Part shown: positions 35,301 through 48,023 of the stretch, piece after piece | How positions within the stretch are numbered: the stretch's first letter is position 1 | Layout: every line of letters starts with the position of its first letter | Assembly (NCBI RefSeq): GCF_009914755.1 | Contig: NC_060926.1 | DNA: 64,000 nt | From: the human T2T-CHM13v2.0 reference genome, Homo sapiens | Direction: 5' to 3' (one strand) | Position numbers and translations under genes: made by a program | Notes under the pieces: generated by a model | Database searches by the model: none | What the model was told of the DNA's origin: nothing | The model's input: the letters and a program-made list of their open reading frames with translations, nothing else

Positions 35301-36970
35301 CCTGCCAGAGGCCGCTGGCCTCCCCTGTCGAGAGTCAGACAGGAGCGGTGTGACCCCTCCATGGGCTGACCCGCCCGGGCAGCCACATCACGGGTCTCAG
35401 CAGAAGCCCCAGTGTCCTTGCCTGGCCCTTCTCCCAGCCGCTCTCCCTGAAAAGGAATTGAAGTTGTCCCTTGACTGGGTATGGAGTTGGCTTCTTTCTG
35501 TGATTTTTTTTTCCTTTTCCTACCAAAAGGAGTTCAAAAGTTGAGAGCTGATTTGTATTCCAAGCACCAGGCGAATTGCTGCAAGCCCAGCTCAGTGGGG
35601 GACGGTGATGGGAGCATCAGCTGTGCCCTCCAGCCCCGAGTGAGAGGCTGCGCCTCTGGCCTCAGCTGTGCCCTCCAGCCCTGAATGACAGCCTGCTCCC
35701 CTGGCCGGAAGAGCTTCCTGGGTGTTGTTGCTGTTCTCCCCTCCCCCAACTCCACCCCACCTCTGTAATAATCATGTCCCTGCTGTGTGCAGCTCGTCTT
35801 TGTGATAATAACGGCCAATCCACATACAGTGATGGAATTCAGGGGGGATCTCCAAGGAATTCCATTCTGAGGCCATTCCAGAGAGCAGCAGGCACATCAT
35901 TTGCATGCATTTGTATAAGTTATGCATCGGTATACACTTCTCTTTAACATTGCAACCTAATGAAATCACTCAGACAGGCACATTAAAAACACGATTTACG
36001 CTGGGAAGTCTGACCCTTCTCCTGTTAAATCATTTGAATGATCATTTGAATATATTTGCACAAGTGGCACATTAAAGGGCTCTCACCCGTGTTTTCAGAA
36101 TTAATGAAACAATCCGGCTGCCTTCAAGGAGAGGGTGGAGGGACGTATCTACAGTTTGCCTGAAACTGTCCAAGGCGCAAACGCCTGGTCCAGCCACAAG
36201 ACAGCTCAACAAGGACACCCAGTCACAGTGCCAGGGCATCCTCAGGCATCAGAAAATCAGCCCTCAAATTCTCAAAAACAAAGTAATTTCACTAGCCCTC
36301 AGTTTAGAAAAATAGAATCGTCCCTTTGTGGAGAAATGAAGGTGTCAGGAAAAGTTAAAGCAAGCAGAACAAGAGGGCGCCAGCTCCACAGCTGTGGGGA
36401 GTCCCGGGATAAAAGAGTATCATAGGAGCCATGCCCACACGGCAGGGCGTGCCCGACAGGGGCTCCCGCTCAGCGCTGACAGCAAGGCTGAGGGAACCGC
36501 TCTCCCCTCAAGGGTTAATGTGCACTCAGCAAGATTGGCAGGGATGCTGGAGCTCATTATGCAGGAAGACTTGAAAGCCAGCTCAGAGCAGCCCTCCCTG
36601 GGATGATTTAGGTGCAGCTGCACCAGCCTGGAGGCGGGTAGCTTCTCAAGGTCAGGCAGCTCTGGCTTGCTCCCGGCTCCCACGGAGCAGACGGCATTTG
36701 AAATGTGCTATGAGGGGTGGTAATGCCGAGATGAGGTCTTGGCAGGAGGGCCCAGGCCAAAGGGTCCTAAAACACACCTTCCTACTTAACATTTTACAAA
36801 GTGCATCTTTCACATGCAATGTTTTCCCATCTGCTCTTGATGAAAACCTTTAATTAATAGATAAAGAAACTCTTCCAAGATGTGTGCCACTTGCTCCAGG
36901 TTGTTCAGCTGTCACAAGGCAGCATAAAAGTTGACTTTCTCCCACCCACCAAAAATCCCAGAGCCCTGGG

Positions 36971-37858
36971 TGTTAGTCATGCAGGATTTTTCTCAACTCC
37001 TTCCTCAGACTTGCGACAGGGGTGCCCTGTTTGCTTGGCCCACCTTGCTCAACTCCTTGCAGGAGGCACATGACAAGCAAGTGTGGGATCTAGCTGGCTG
37101 CTTTGGGCATTGGCAGGATCATGCTCCAGGCAGGCCCCACAATGGCACCCAGATGGGGGTGCCTGTGACCCCCAAAGCCCCAGAGGATGGGTTACAATGC
37201 TCTCTTAGCTCAGCTGTCTGTGGACAGTGGTGTGTTATCAGCTCAATAGGCCCCTTACCTGGTCATGTGGGTCAGCTGCCCTCTGCCAGGGAGGGCAAAA
37301 GTCCAGTGTTTCAGCCTTTTTTGGGTACCCACACTCAGTGGGTCCCGAGCTCTTCTCGCATCCAAGAAGAATGAGGTCATGCAGACACTTGAAGGATGGT
37401 GAAGGCAGAGAGTTTTATTAAGCAATGGAAATGGCTCTCAGCAAAGAGGGGAGCTGGAGAGGGGATGAGATGCACAGGTAGTCTTCCATGAAGTCTAGTC
37501 ATCTCTGGCTAGCTCTTCTCCGAAGTTAAGCCATCTCTCCTCCAAAGTCCAGCCATCCCACTGAAGTCAAGTCGCCTCTCTCCAGTCAAGCCACTTCTCT
37601 CACCTCTACCAACTGAGTCTGGGGTCTTTATAGGCACAGGATGAGGGTGTGGGGCAGGCCACAGGTAGTTTTGGAAAAGGCAACATTCAATTGGTAAAAA
37701 GACATTATTCAGGAAGAACCAATCAGGAGATAGTGGGCGAACACGGATATAAGTTCTTACTTTGGGCAGCGGGTTTCAGGCTTTTCGGCTTGAAGGTGGG
37801 GTTTTGCCAGGTACCCACTCCTGTCTTCCTGGAATTTCTCTGCCTCCTGCCTCTCTCA
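36971..37858 (-). mobile_element. ERV1 solo LTR, LTR1/LTR27/LTR28 group
   Basis: Reverse complement begins TGAGAGAGGCAGGAGGCAGAGAAATT...ggcaaaaccccaccttcaagcc. Contains caagaagaatgaggtcatgcagacacttgaagg...ttttattaag. Confidence 0.8.
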
Positions 37859-39859
37859 TTAGGACCCCATCCCCTGCCCCACAGGCACTCCAGGCAGCTT
37901 TTTGGCTAAAAGCTCATCGTCTCCAGAGTGGGAGCTGCATGGTTTGGACTCAGCACCCAGTGAGAATAATTCCCTCCCTGTGAGCATGACTGAGAACTGG
38001 CCCCAAAGAGAGTCAGCTCCTCAGAACACCTGGCCTCTCTGAAGACCCAGTCCCCCACCTCCACCTCCATGTGGAACCAGCTCTAACCCCAGGGCACAGC
38101 AGGCACCTCCACCTGCCAAGCTCAAAGAGGCTCCAGGGACCCCCACCCCAGAATGGATATAAAAGAACAGCAAGCCAACAACCTGTGTCTGCCCAGAGTT
38201 AGGATGAATCTCACAGGCCTCTGACTTCCCCAGCCTGGGGCCTGGATGGACAGATCTAAGACCAGTCTCCTGTTCCTTTCTAGAGCCATCAGTCTCCCCA
38301 GGTCTTTGCAGACCTGCCAACTTCTCTAGAAGGAGCAGCCTCACTGTCTGATCCCAGCATCCTGCCCAGCTCCTGCCCAGCTCAGCAAAGGTTTATGGAT
38401 TCCTGTGGTGTGCAAGGCACCGTTAGACCCTGGTACCACAATGAACTAGGTGGTGAGAGGTACAGGCTGTGGGTGTGCAGCCTTCCAGGGATCAGCTGGA
38501 ATTCGTCCTCGCTAGGCTTTCTGCCCTGATGGGCAGATGTTTTTTAGCAACTCCAGCCGTGAGTATTTCCTTTGGCAAAATTTTCTCATTGCTGCTCTAT
38601 CACACAGGCAAGGCTGGTTTCAAGGAAGAACATGAAACATTTCCTTTCATTCTCAGCTCACCTGTCAACGAACATTTCATTTCACCTTTTCGAACACAAA
38701 GTGACAACGTGGTTCGAGTTAAAATCATTTATTCTCTTTTTCAAACAAAAGATCTGAGTGTGGGGGAGATGAGGTCAGAGGCTGCCGGGAGTGCCTTGTC
38801 CCTCAGTCTGCACAGAGTCACTGTCCCAGAGATGCACACTTCCTGCCTGTGCTCTCTCGTCCTTGACAGGAGCTGAGTGAGGCTCTGGGGAGTCCCCCAC
38901 TGCGGGATGTGCAGCTTTGCAAATCTGCAGGGCTCTTTTATTCCTGCCCCCACCCCAACCAAGAACACAAGCCTACCAAAAGCAAACCCATAGTTTCTTA
39001 TGCAACTAAGTGCTTATATTTACCATGTGGGAATGCAACCATCCTACCAATCTTAGCTGCTCCATGGTCGTGACTGGAGTATAGAATCAAGGCACTTTTT
39101 GCAAGAGTGGCAAATACTAGGGCATTGTATAGAGAAGTAGTACTGGTTGCAAATAAAATGATAATAACCAATTTTTACTATTGGGATGGAAGTTTATTTC
39201 CTCCATGTAAACTGAGTTGCAATTCCACTTGAGTGAATTCTTTTGATGAAGTCTTTACCAAACATGGGCTCTTTACCACCCCCAGTGAATGCAGGTGCCG
39301 TTCAGAGGTGAGAAAAAATCACCATCTGATGTGGGGGAAAGAGCACGGGGTCAGATGAGCTGGCCCAGCCCAGGCTGAATGCTGTGACAGTCTCTCCATG
39401 TGACCTCATGACTTTCCCACTTGCTGGGCTCCCTCCACGGGCAGAACCCTGTGCCCAAGGTGCCCAGGCTCACAGGAACCCACCCTCATCCTCACCCTGC
39501 TTCCCAGGGCAGCTCCCCCTGCTAACTCTGGTGATGTGCAACTTCCATGCAAGGTTTCATTTGAAAGAACTGATTTTACATTATTTCAGAAGGGCCTCTC
39601 ATCTATATAAGGTCCTTCTCAGCTCTGACAAGATAGGATATATTCACACCAACTTTTTTTCAGGTAGAGCACACATTAAATTCTCACCCCCACCATTCAG
39701 TATTTGGTTACAAACAAGGAACTCCCAATGATGAAAGGAAAGAGATTTAAACAAAAGACGCTCTCTTTCCTTTCCCTCAACCCCCATGTTTAATCACTGA
39801 ATATGCACAGGCTGGCTGCAGACAGCCCCAAATGCTTCATTCCAGCCGCCCCTGCCCCA

Positions 39860-40340
39860 CCTAGACTTGTCTTCCCACCTAAGTTATCCACACCATACTC
39901 TTTATTTTCCTGACCCTTCCATGTGTGCCCTTGCTGCCCTGCCCTCTCGCTCATGGGCCCGCCTTTATGGCCCCACCAAGGCCATTTTCCTAAAAAGCAG
40001 GCAAATCACACTATTGCACTGTTCAGCCACCAGATGCCTCCTGCCCTGCCCTCTGCCTGAAGAGCAGAGTTAGGGCACCTTCACCTGGCATCCAAGGCCT
40101 CCACAGGTCTCCCCAAACTGTCTTTGCAGCCTCACTGCCACTGAAGTTCTGTGCTTCTGTTTACCAACTCGCTGTCTCTTCCCATGCTGGCACAGCCTTG
40201 CCCACACCCTTCTCTCCATAGGAAAGGCCTTTCAAAATCCTACTGTAGCCCACCCAAAGCCCACGATAATATCCTACCCAGCACAGAGATGAGTGACCTC
40301 TGCTTCTGTGTTCCCTCCCACAACTTGAACTTCTCTTGAT
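39860..40340 (+). mobile_element. L2 fragment
   Basis: ttttcctaaaaagcaggcaaatcacac...ctggcatccaaggcctccaca. Confidence 0.5.
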
Positions 40341-40847
40341 CACTCAGGTTTTTGTTTTGCTTCGTTTTGCTTTCTTTACAGTATAATGTAACATCTGGTT
40401 TCGTGGAAAAACAATGAATTTGGGAGCCCATCAGCCCTGAATTCAAACCCAGTCCCTCTTGCATGTAGCACAGCTGGCCTGTCAGCCACAGGGAAGCAGG
40501 CGCCATGCCTCTCTCATCACAGATCCATACCCAGCATTCAGCTGTGCTTCTCACTGTTCCAAGTGATTTATGGGAATTGTTTTGTCCCGTGCACACAGCA
40601 ACCATCACAGAGCTATGCGACCAGTGCAAACATGACACGCAAATTCAGGAAGCTTTCCATATTTTTAAAACAGAACTGTTCAAACATCTTGTCTTGTTTG
40701 TTTTACTTTATTTTTATATGTTTTCAGTTCATCATCTATGTCTGCTCTTAAGTCCTTTCCCCACCTCCAGAGAGCCACTTCCTGTGCATGGCGTCTGTCT
40801 TTAAATATGCCTGTGTGCATGAAGAATGTACAGAACGGTTTGCCTAC

Positions 40848-41140
<293 letters not shown>

Positions 41141-41399
41141 TACTTAGACATTTTTAAATGACTAAGAGTGTTGGGCTAGGCCTTCACTGGCTTCTCAGCA
41201 GTGCCTTGTGCTTCTACCACAGGACAGGGGCTGGTCTTGTTTGCTGGTGATGCATTGTCCCATAGTGAGCCTCTACCTGGTTCAGACACCATTCTTCTCA
41301 GCCACACACCCCTTGGGCCTGCGTCTCTGAGCTACACAAACTCTGCTCAATGCAGCATTGAACACTATCTTCTATGTCACTGTGTCTTTGCATTAATCC

Positions 41400-42350
41400 A
41401 TGCCCTAGGGTACATCAGTCAGTAATTTTCACTAGATACGACCAGATCGTTGTCAAAGCAGATACCCGGGTTTATTCCTACCCCACCTCTGTGCGCTTGG
41501 ATTTCTGTTTCCATCCATCCTTAGCCAACACTTGGATTTATTAGGCTTTTTGAACCTAAAGAATCCCAGGGGTATGAAATGAAAGAAAAATATAGTTAAT
41601 CTGGCATTTCTCTGATTACCGATGCATTGAGTATCTCTTCATATTATTTTAAGCACCCAGACTCATCCTTTTCTGAATTGCCTGTTCATTTTATTTACAC
41701 ATTTTTGGGTTTCTTCTTTTTTTTTCATTCTTAATTTGAAGATATATTAACCTGTATATTCTGCATAACAATCTCTTGTCAGTTTCAGGTCTTCTCTTAG
41801 TCCATCACTCATCTCTTCACTGCACGGTATCCTCTGCTGAACAGAAAAACAACATTTTGAGTCATCAAATCTATTTCTTTCCACTATGGGTTGTACTTCT
41901 GAGATACTGCTTAAGAATTCCTTCCTCACCCCCAAATTATGAAGACATCCTCCATTCTCTTCAATTATCTTTACAGCTTTGTCTTTCACAGTGAGATCTT
42001 CATGCCTTCCAGAGGTTGCCCTTGCTTGGTGCAAGGCAGCAATACAACCACACTTTCTCTATAGACTGAGCATGTTACCTCAATGCCGGTTACAAATCCG
42101 TTCATCTCTACTCACCGACGTGTGGTGCCCCCCACTATCATGTACTGGACTCCCAAAGATATAAACCAGTCCTAGAAATCTGTTATCTATTTATTCTCTC
42201 TACAAGTCAGTTCTTTCACCAGACACACAATCTTCCTTACTGTCCCTTTCTGGCCTGTCTTAACATCTGGCAGGCTAATTCCTCCCCTTTTCTCATTTTC
42301 AAAATTGTCTCTTCTTATTCTGGACACTTGTCATTTCATAAATTTAGAAA
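41400..42350 (-). mobile_element. Old L1M antisense fragment
   Basis: gcatttctctgattac...gagtatctcttcatatt...tgaattgcctgttcat...gcttaagaattccttcctcaccccc. Confidence 0.7.
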
Positions 42351-42647
42351 TTGTTGTTGTTGTTTTGACACAAGATCTCACTCTGACACTCAGGTTGGAG
42401 CACAGTGGCATGATCTCAGCTCACTGCAGCCTCAAACTCCTGGGCTCAAGTGATCCTCCCACCTCAGCTTCCTGGGTAGCTGGGACTACAGGAGAGAGTC
42501 ACTACACCTGGCTAATTTATTGTGTTTTTTGTAGAGAAGAGGTTTTGCCATGTTGCCCAGGCTGGTCTTGAACTCCTGAGTTCATGCAATCTGCCTGCCT
42601 TGGCCTCCTATGGTGATTATAGTCGTGAGCCCCCACCGCACCCAGCC
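42351..42647 (-). mobile_element. AluJ-like
   Basis: cactgcagcctcaaactcctgggctcaagtgatcctcccacctcagc (J-type diagnostic positions). Confidence 0.95.
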
Positions 42648-42662
42648 AATGGTTTGACTTTA

Positions 42663-43915
42663 ACCAGTAGTGAAATTGCTGGATAATATGGTAGTTTTAT
42701 TTTTAATTGAGTAAACTTACTGTTTTTCATAATGACTGTTCTAATTACATTCTCATCAACAATATACAAAAGTTATTTTCTGCACATCCTCACCAGCACT
42801 TGCTGTTGTTTGTCTTTTTCGTAGTAGCCAGTCTAACAGGTGTGAGGTGATATTTCATTGTGGTTATAATTTCACTACACTGTGTATGTTCAAAGGAGAT
42901 TAAATCAATATACCAATGATGTATCTACACTCCCGTGTTTACTACAGAATTATTTACAGTAGGCAAAATATGGAAACAATCTAAATGTCCATCAACTAAT
43001 AAATGGATAAAGAAAATGTGGCATATATACATATATATGTATATATATAAATACTTTATATATGTATATATATAAATACTTTATATATGTGTATATGTAA
43101 ATACTTTATATATGTGTATATGTAAATACTTTATATATGTGTATATGTAAATACTTTATATATGTGTATATGTAAATACTTTATATATGTGTATATATAA
43201 ATACTTTATATATGTGTATATATAAATACTTTAGTGTATATATACTTTATATATGTGTATATATACTTTATATATGTGTATATATACTTTATATATGTGT
43301 ATATATACTTTATATATGTGTATATATACTTTATATATGTGTATATATACTTTATATATGTGTATACATAAATATTTTATATATGTGTATACATAAATAC
43401 TTTATATATGTATATATAAATCCTTTATATATGTGTATATATAAACACTTTATATATGTGTATATATAAATACTTTGTATATATATATATATAATGGGAT
43501 ATTTTAAAGAAATGTTCTGTCATTCATGACAAATGAGTGAATATAGGAAACATTATATACTAAGTGAAATAAGCTAGGCACAGATAGACAAATACCACAT
43601 AATCTCACTTGCATATGGAATCTAAAAAAGTCAACCTCATAGAAGTAGAGAATAGAATGTTGGTTATCAGGGGCTGGGGGAGTGTGTAGGAGTTGGTGAG
43701 ATAGATGTTGGTCAAAGGATACAAAAAATTTCAATTAGATAGGAAGAATAAGTTCAAGAGATCTTTGTACAACATGGTGACTATAGTTAGTAAGAAGGCA
43801 TTGTACTTTGAAAATTCCTAAGAGAGTAGATTTTAAATATTCTCATCACAAAAACAGATAATTATGTGAGGCAATGCATATGTTAATTAGCTCAATTGAG
43901 CCATTCTACAATTCT
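42663..43915 (+). mobile_element. L1MA-type element with 5' inversion (42663-~42873 antisense, remainder sense)
   Basis: Antisense ORF2-end segment followed by sense ...aaatggataaagaaaatgtgg...aggaagaataagttcaagagatct...gttaattagctc 3' UTR. Confidence 0.85.
43023..43493. repeat. AT-rich minisatellite (25-bp, then 21-bp, then 25-bp units) inside L1
   Basis: atacttt anchor at 43051, 43076, 43101, 43126 (25-bp period) and at 43263, 43284, 43305 (21-bp period). Confidence 0.95.
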
Positions 43916-44227
43916 TTTAAAAAAGAAGTAGTTTGATTTTTAAAATAATTGCACTTGAATTTTTATTAGAAGGGCATTACATTGCTAGATTTATTGAGGG
44001 GAAATACATTTCTTCACAATCCCAAGTTGCCTTATCCATGAATTTGGTATATATCTTGGCTTTTTAAACATGTAATTTCATATCATTTAATAGATTTTTA
44101 AAAGTATTTTCATAAAACTCTTACATATTTAATGTTAAGCTAATTGTTTTATCATTTGTAGCTATTGTTGTAGTACACAATGAGAAAATTGTGATGACTA
44201 CATTCTACATTTAATAACTACACAGCA

Positions 44228-44527
44228 GGCTGGGCATGGTGGCTCACATCTGTAACCCCAGCATATTTTTTTGGCTAAGGCAGGTGAAACACTAGAAGCC
44301 GGGAGTTCAAGACTAGCCTGGACAACATAGTAAAACCCCGTCTTTACTAAAAATACAGAACTTAGCCGGCTGCAGTGGAATGTGCCTGTAATCCCAGCTA
44401 CTTAGGGGGCTGAGACATGAGAATCGCTTGAACCTGCAGAGGCTGCAGTGAGCCAAGACTGTGCCACTGCACTCCAGCCTGGGCAACAAAGCAAGACTCT
44501 GTCTCCAAAAAAATAATAATGATAATA
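44228..44527 (+). mobile_element. Alu (old S/J) with 16-bp target-site duplication
   Basis: Full dimer with an (AAT)n tail, flanked by taataactacacagca and taataactatacagca. Confidence 0.95.
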
Positions 44528-44554
44528 ATAATAACTATACAGCAGACAGTGTCA

Positions 44555-45130
44555 CATTGTAGTTAAGAACACAGACCTTGTCCTTGGACTGTCTGAGCTA
44601 CTCTACCTATAATTGTGTCTCCTTGGGAAAGCGATTTCTCTTTCTGAGCTTCAGTTTCCCGCTCTGTAAACTGGGAACACTAGTAAAATCTTGCATCACT
44701 TAACAGTAAGACTGCATCCTGAGAAATGCATCATTAGGTGCTTTTGTTGTTGTACAAACATCATAGAGTGCACTTCACAAACCTAGAGGTTCTAGTCTAC
44801 CTCACACCCAGGCTATGTGGTGTAGTCTATTGCTCCTAGGCTACCAACCTGTACAACATGTTACTGTACTGAATATTATTGGCCAACAGTAAGAATTTGT
44901 GTATTTAACATATCTAAGCATAGAAAAAGGTACGGTAAACATATAGTATTTTAATCTTATGGAACAAACATTGCATGTGCAGTCCATCGTTGACTGAAAT
45001 GTCATTATGTGGCACTTGATGGTAGAGTAAGTCCCACGAGGCTACTTTGATGATTAAAGAAAATTGTATATATCAAGCATTTAATAGTGCCCAGCATGTG
45101 GTCAGTTACCAGCAAGCGTCACCTTTGTTA
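44555..45130 (+). mobile_element. MIR split by a Tigger insertion
   Basis: gtagttaagaacacagac...ctgagcttcagtttcccgctctgtaaactggg before the insertion; gatgattaaaga...caagcatttaatagtgccca after it. Confidence 0.7.
44686..45022 (+). mobile_element. Tigger3a (MER7A)-like non-autonomous DNA transposon
   Basis: ctgagaaatgcatcattagg...acatcatagagtg...tattgctcctaggctac...cgttgactgaaatgtcattatg, flanked by TA on both sides. Confidence 0.88.
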
Positions 45131-45800
45131 TCATTAGTTATGGGTCCATAGAGAGATTATTCAATCACTTTGGACTTCCAGTTTTTTTCATTAAAAAAAA
45201 TGAATACCCTTTGCTTGTTTACTTCAAGGCATTTTTGTGATGATGGAATGAGAGAATGGGGAAATTACTTTGTAATCTGTAACATGCTCCAAGCATCTAA
45301 GGCACTATTATGACAGCCATCAATACCTCTACTTCCCATTTTTCTTTTTCTCCATGACCATTTTCTTCATTAAGCTTTTGTGTACACTTGTCCATTAACT
45401 CAGTAAATAATAATTCAAAGAAAAAACAGACTGCCTGCCATGTGCCCTACACTATGTTAAGTGGTTCCAAATTCATAAATATCTCCTTTCATTTGTCTTA
45501 ACATCCTGCAAGAAGTATTACAGGGAATATTTTCAACATAATCCTGGATCATCAGCAGACCAAGGCCCACTCTACTTCATTTTCTGAACAGAAGCACTAA
45601 GAAAATGAATCACCCAGGAAAATAGATTTTCTTCTGAACAAGAAAGAATACTTTGAAGAATTATGACACTGCGGCTAAAAGTTCCCAGGACTGATTTTAT
45701 ACGCCTACTGGAGATTAGACATGTTGAGAAAAAAACATGAATCAAAGGAAGAAAAAGGGATATTAAGGAAGAAACACCAAGGGGGGAGAAACATTCTTGG

Positions 45801-46282
45801 TGTATTCATCCCTGAGGGCTGCTGTAACACAGGTCCACAAACTGGATGGCTTCAAATGACAGCAATTTACTGCCTCGCAGGTCTGGAGGCTGTGAGTCTG
45901 AGATAAGGCATCCGCAGTGCTGGCTCCTTCTGAGGGCTGTGCAGGAGAAACTGCTTCACGGTGACCTCCTGGCTTTAGGAGAGACCGTAATTCTCCCTGT
46001 TCCTTCGCATGTGGCTGAATCGCTCCAGTCTCTGCCTCCATCTTCCCGTGGTGTTCTCACCATGTGTCTTTACCTCATCCTTCTCTGTGCATCTCTATCC
46101 AAATTTTCCCTTTGTATGAGGACACCAGTTACTGGCATTAGAGACTCGCCTTACTCCAGTGTGACCGCAATGGAATTCCTTATATCTGCAAGAATGTTCT
46201 TTTCAAATAAGCTCACATTTTGAGTTACCAGGGATTAGAACTTCAACATAACTTTTTGGGGGACATGACTCATCCCATAGCA
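45801..46282 (-). mobile_element. MLT1C-like solo LTR
   Basis: gggctgctgtaaca...ccacaaactggatggctt...tctggaggct...caaataagctcacatt...ttagaacttcaacata. Confidence 0.85.
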
Positions 46283-46489
46283 CTCAGGAAGCACTATCCA
46301 TGAACATTGTCTTGAATTACCTCCATTGGTACAAATTGTCGTAAATTCATTCAGGTTGTTTCTTAAAGGACACTCTTTCTGGGGGATAGTTCTCAGGTTC
46401 CCAGTTATTCTGGGGATATCTAAAACATGTGTAACCATGAAATTACATTAAAGTGTTATTAACAGAAAACGGCATAAAATCCCTTCTCG

Positions 46490-46700
46490 TTGCCTAATGC
46501 TTGTTTTTCTCCAGCCATTGTGTGAGATGGTTTGCATGCATTATTTCGTTTTCATCCTCATGACCATCCTGCAATGTGGCTGCTGACATCTCCCTGTTAT
46601 TGGCAGAACCTGAGGCCCAAGTAGGCTGGTAACTTGCTGAAAGTGACAGGGCTTGTGAAGCTGAGGAACTGCATTTCAGACACAGGTCTGCCCTGCTGCT
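46490..46700 (-). mobile_element. MIR fragment
   Basis: cattatttcgttttcatcctca...ctgaggccca...gtaacttgctgaaagtgaca. Confidence 0.6.
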
Positions 46701-47957
46701 ATGGGCTGCACCCTTCCCACCTGGCTCCATCAGAATACAGACACCAAGGCTCCTGCGCCCCTACCTCCTCCTCCTCCTAGCCAACCACAGGCCCTTTGCT
46801 TCAAGGCTGCCCCTCCCAGGGCCTTAAAGCCCCACACCTGTGTCTGGACCCAGGGAGTAGACAGGAATCCTCACACCTGCCTTAGTCAAACCACAATACC
46901 AGACACAAACCTGCCTTCTTGCCACAAGTCATTAAGACCTTTTTGGATATTGTTGGAGTGAAGTAAGCCTAACCTGATTTGCTATTGTCATCATTTTTTT
47001 TTTCTACATCAGAAATGCTCTTCTTTCCCCACTAGGCCCTTAGAGAGCTCTTCTGCCACTATTTCTCCCAACCACATCCTCTCAACATCCCAAGCCTGCA
47101 TCACAGAGGTGTTGGAATTTGAAAGCAGCACGTGAGTGAGCACAGGAAAGATGAGACAAATGTCATCAGCTCCGCCCCTAAAGACCAATTAACTTTGAGA
47201 TAGAGGGAATATATTTTAGGACTACACAGGGGCCAGGTGACACTGAGGCCTGTCAATTTCCTTCTCCCTTTACACAAAAACTCAAAGTATTGGGTGACTT
47301 TATGAATAGCATTTAGAGGTGATACATAGCTTGAATCATAGCAGGCAGAGAAAATCTACTGATTTTACCTTCTGTTTTTGTTTAAAAAGTTGACAGAGAA
47401 TCTAACCTTTCTCAATGCACCTCAACCCCAGAGTCTAGAAAGGCACCCTCTTTTGTGCCACTCTCCTGATGAGCACAGGGATGTAACAGGTCTTTATGAA
47501 AAGGGGCATGTAAGAGAAGTGAAAAAAAAAACACATTTTGAAAGGTGCTTTTAGAAATACTTATGCTAATTTTACAGGTTATTTAGGACAGTAATTATAG
47601 AAATAATTTTCACAAATTAAAATTCAAATAAAGTAAAAATTACATAAAGTACATTCTCAGCATAGCAAAACGAGTGAGTCCAAAGCCTGTGGGCGGTGTG
47701 ATGTGTCTCCTGTAATTGTGGGACAGGTTTTGATTTATGCACTTAAAATGTGATCATCGTGCCAAAGAGGGAAACTGGTAATTGCATTTTTCAGTCTTTG
47801 GAAGCAAGTGTGCAAGGTGTAAAAGTGCCTTTCTTTCATTGCATTTCAATAACCTACTCTATTATTGACAACAGGCACCTCAACCATGGCTTGTTTCTTT
47901 TTTCCACGGCATAGGTCTGAGAGAAAGGTGAAGGTTTGCATGGCAAAGGTACCTTAC

Positions 47958-48023
47958 CAAAGGGTCCCCACAGGAAAGGAGAAGGCCAAGTGTTTCCATT
48001 TTTAGGTTTCATTACAAAGAATA
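47958..48023 (-). other. Candidate exon (66 nt), unassigned
   Basis: Minus strand cccttctctccAG|TATTCT...CCTTTG|GTAAGG. Both splice sites are near consensus. Confidence 0.4.

Noticed and set aside
33855-35386. 248-aa and 222-aa ORFs (likewise 8297-8995 and 5642-6277)
   Set aside because: Low-information P/A/G/R/S/L composition as expected from GC-rich non-coding DNA; no recognisable domains or splice support.
26485-36385. Additional CTCF-like half matches (CAGATGGCGC near 26493, AAGAGGGCGC near 36371)
   Set aside because: The left half of the core (CCAC/CCAG) is missing, so they are too weak to call.
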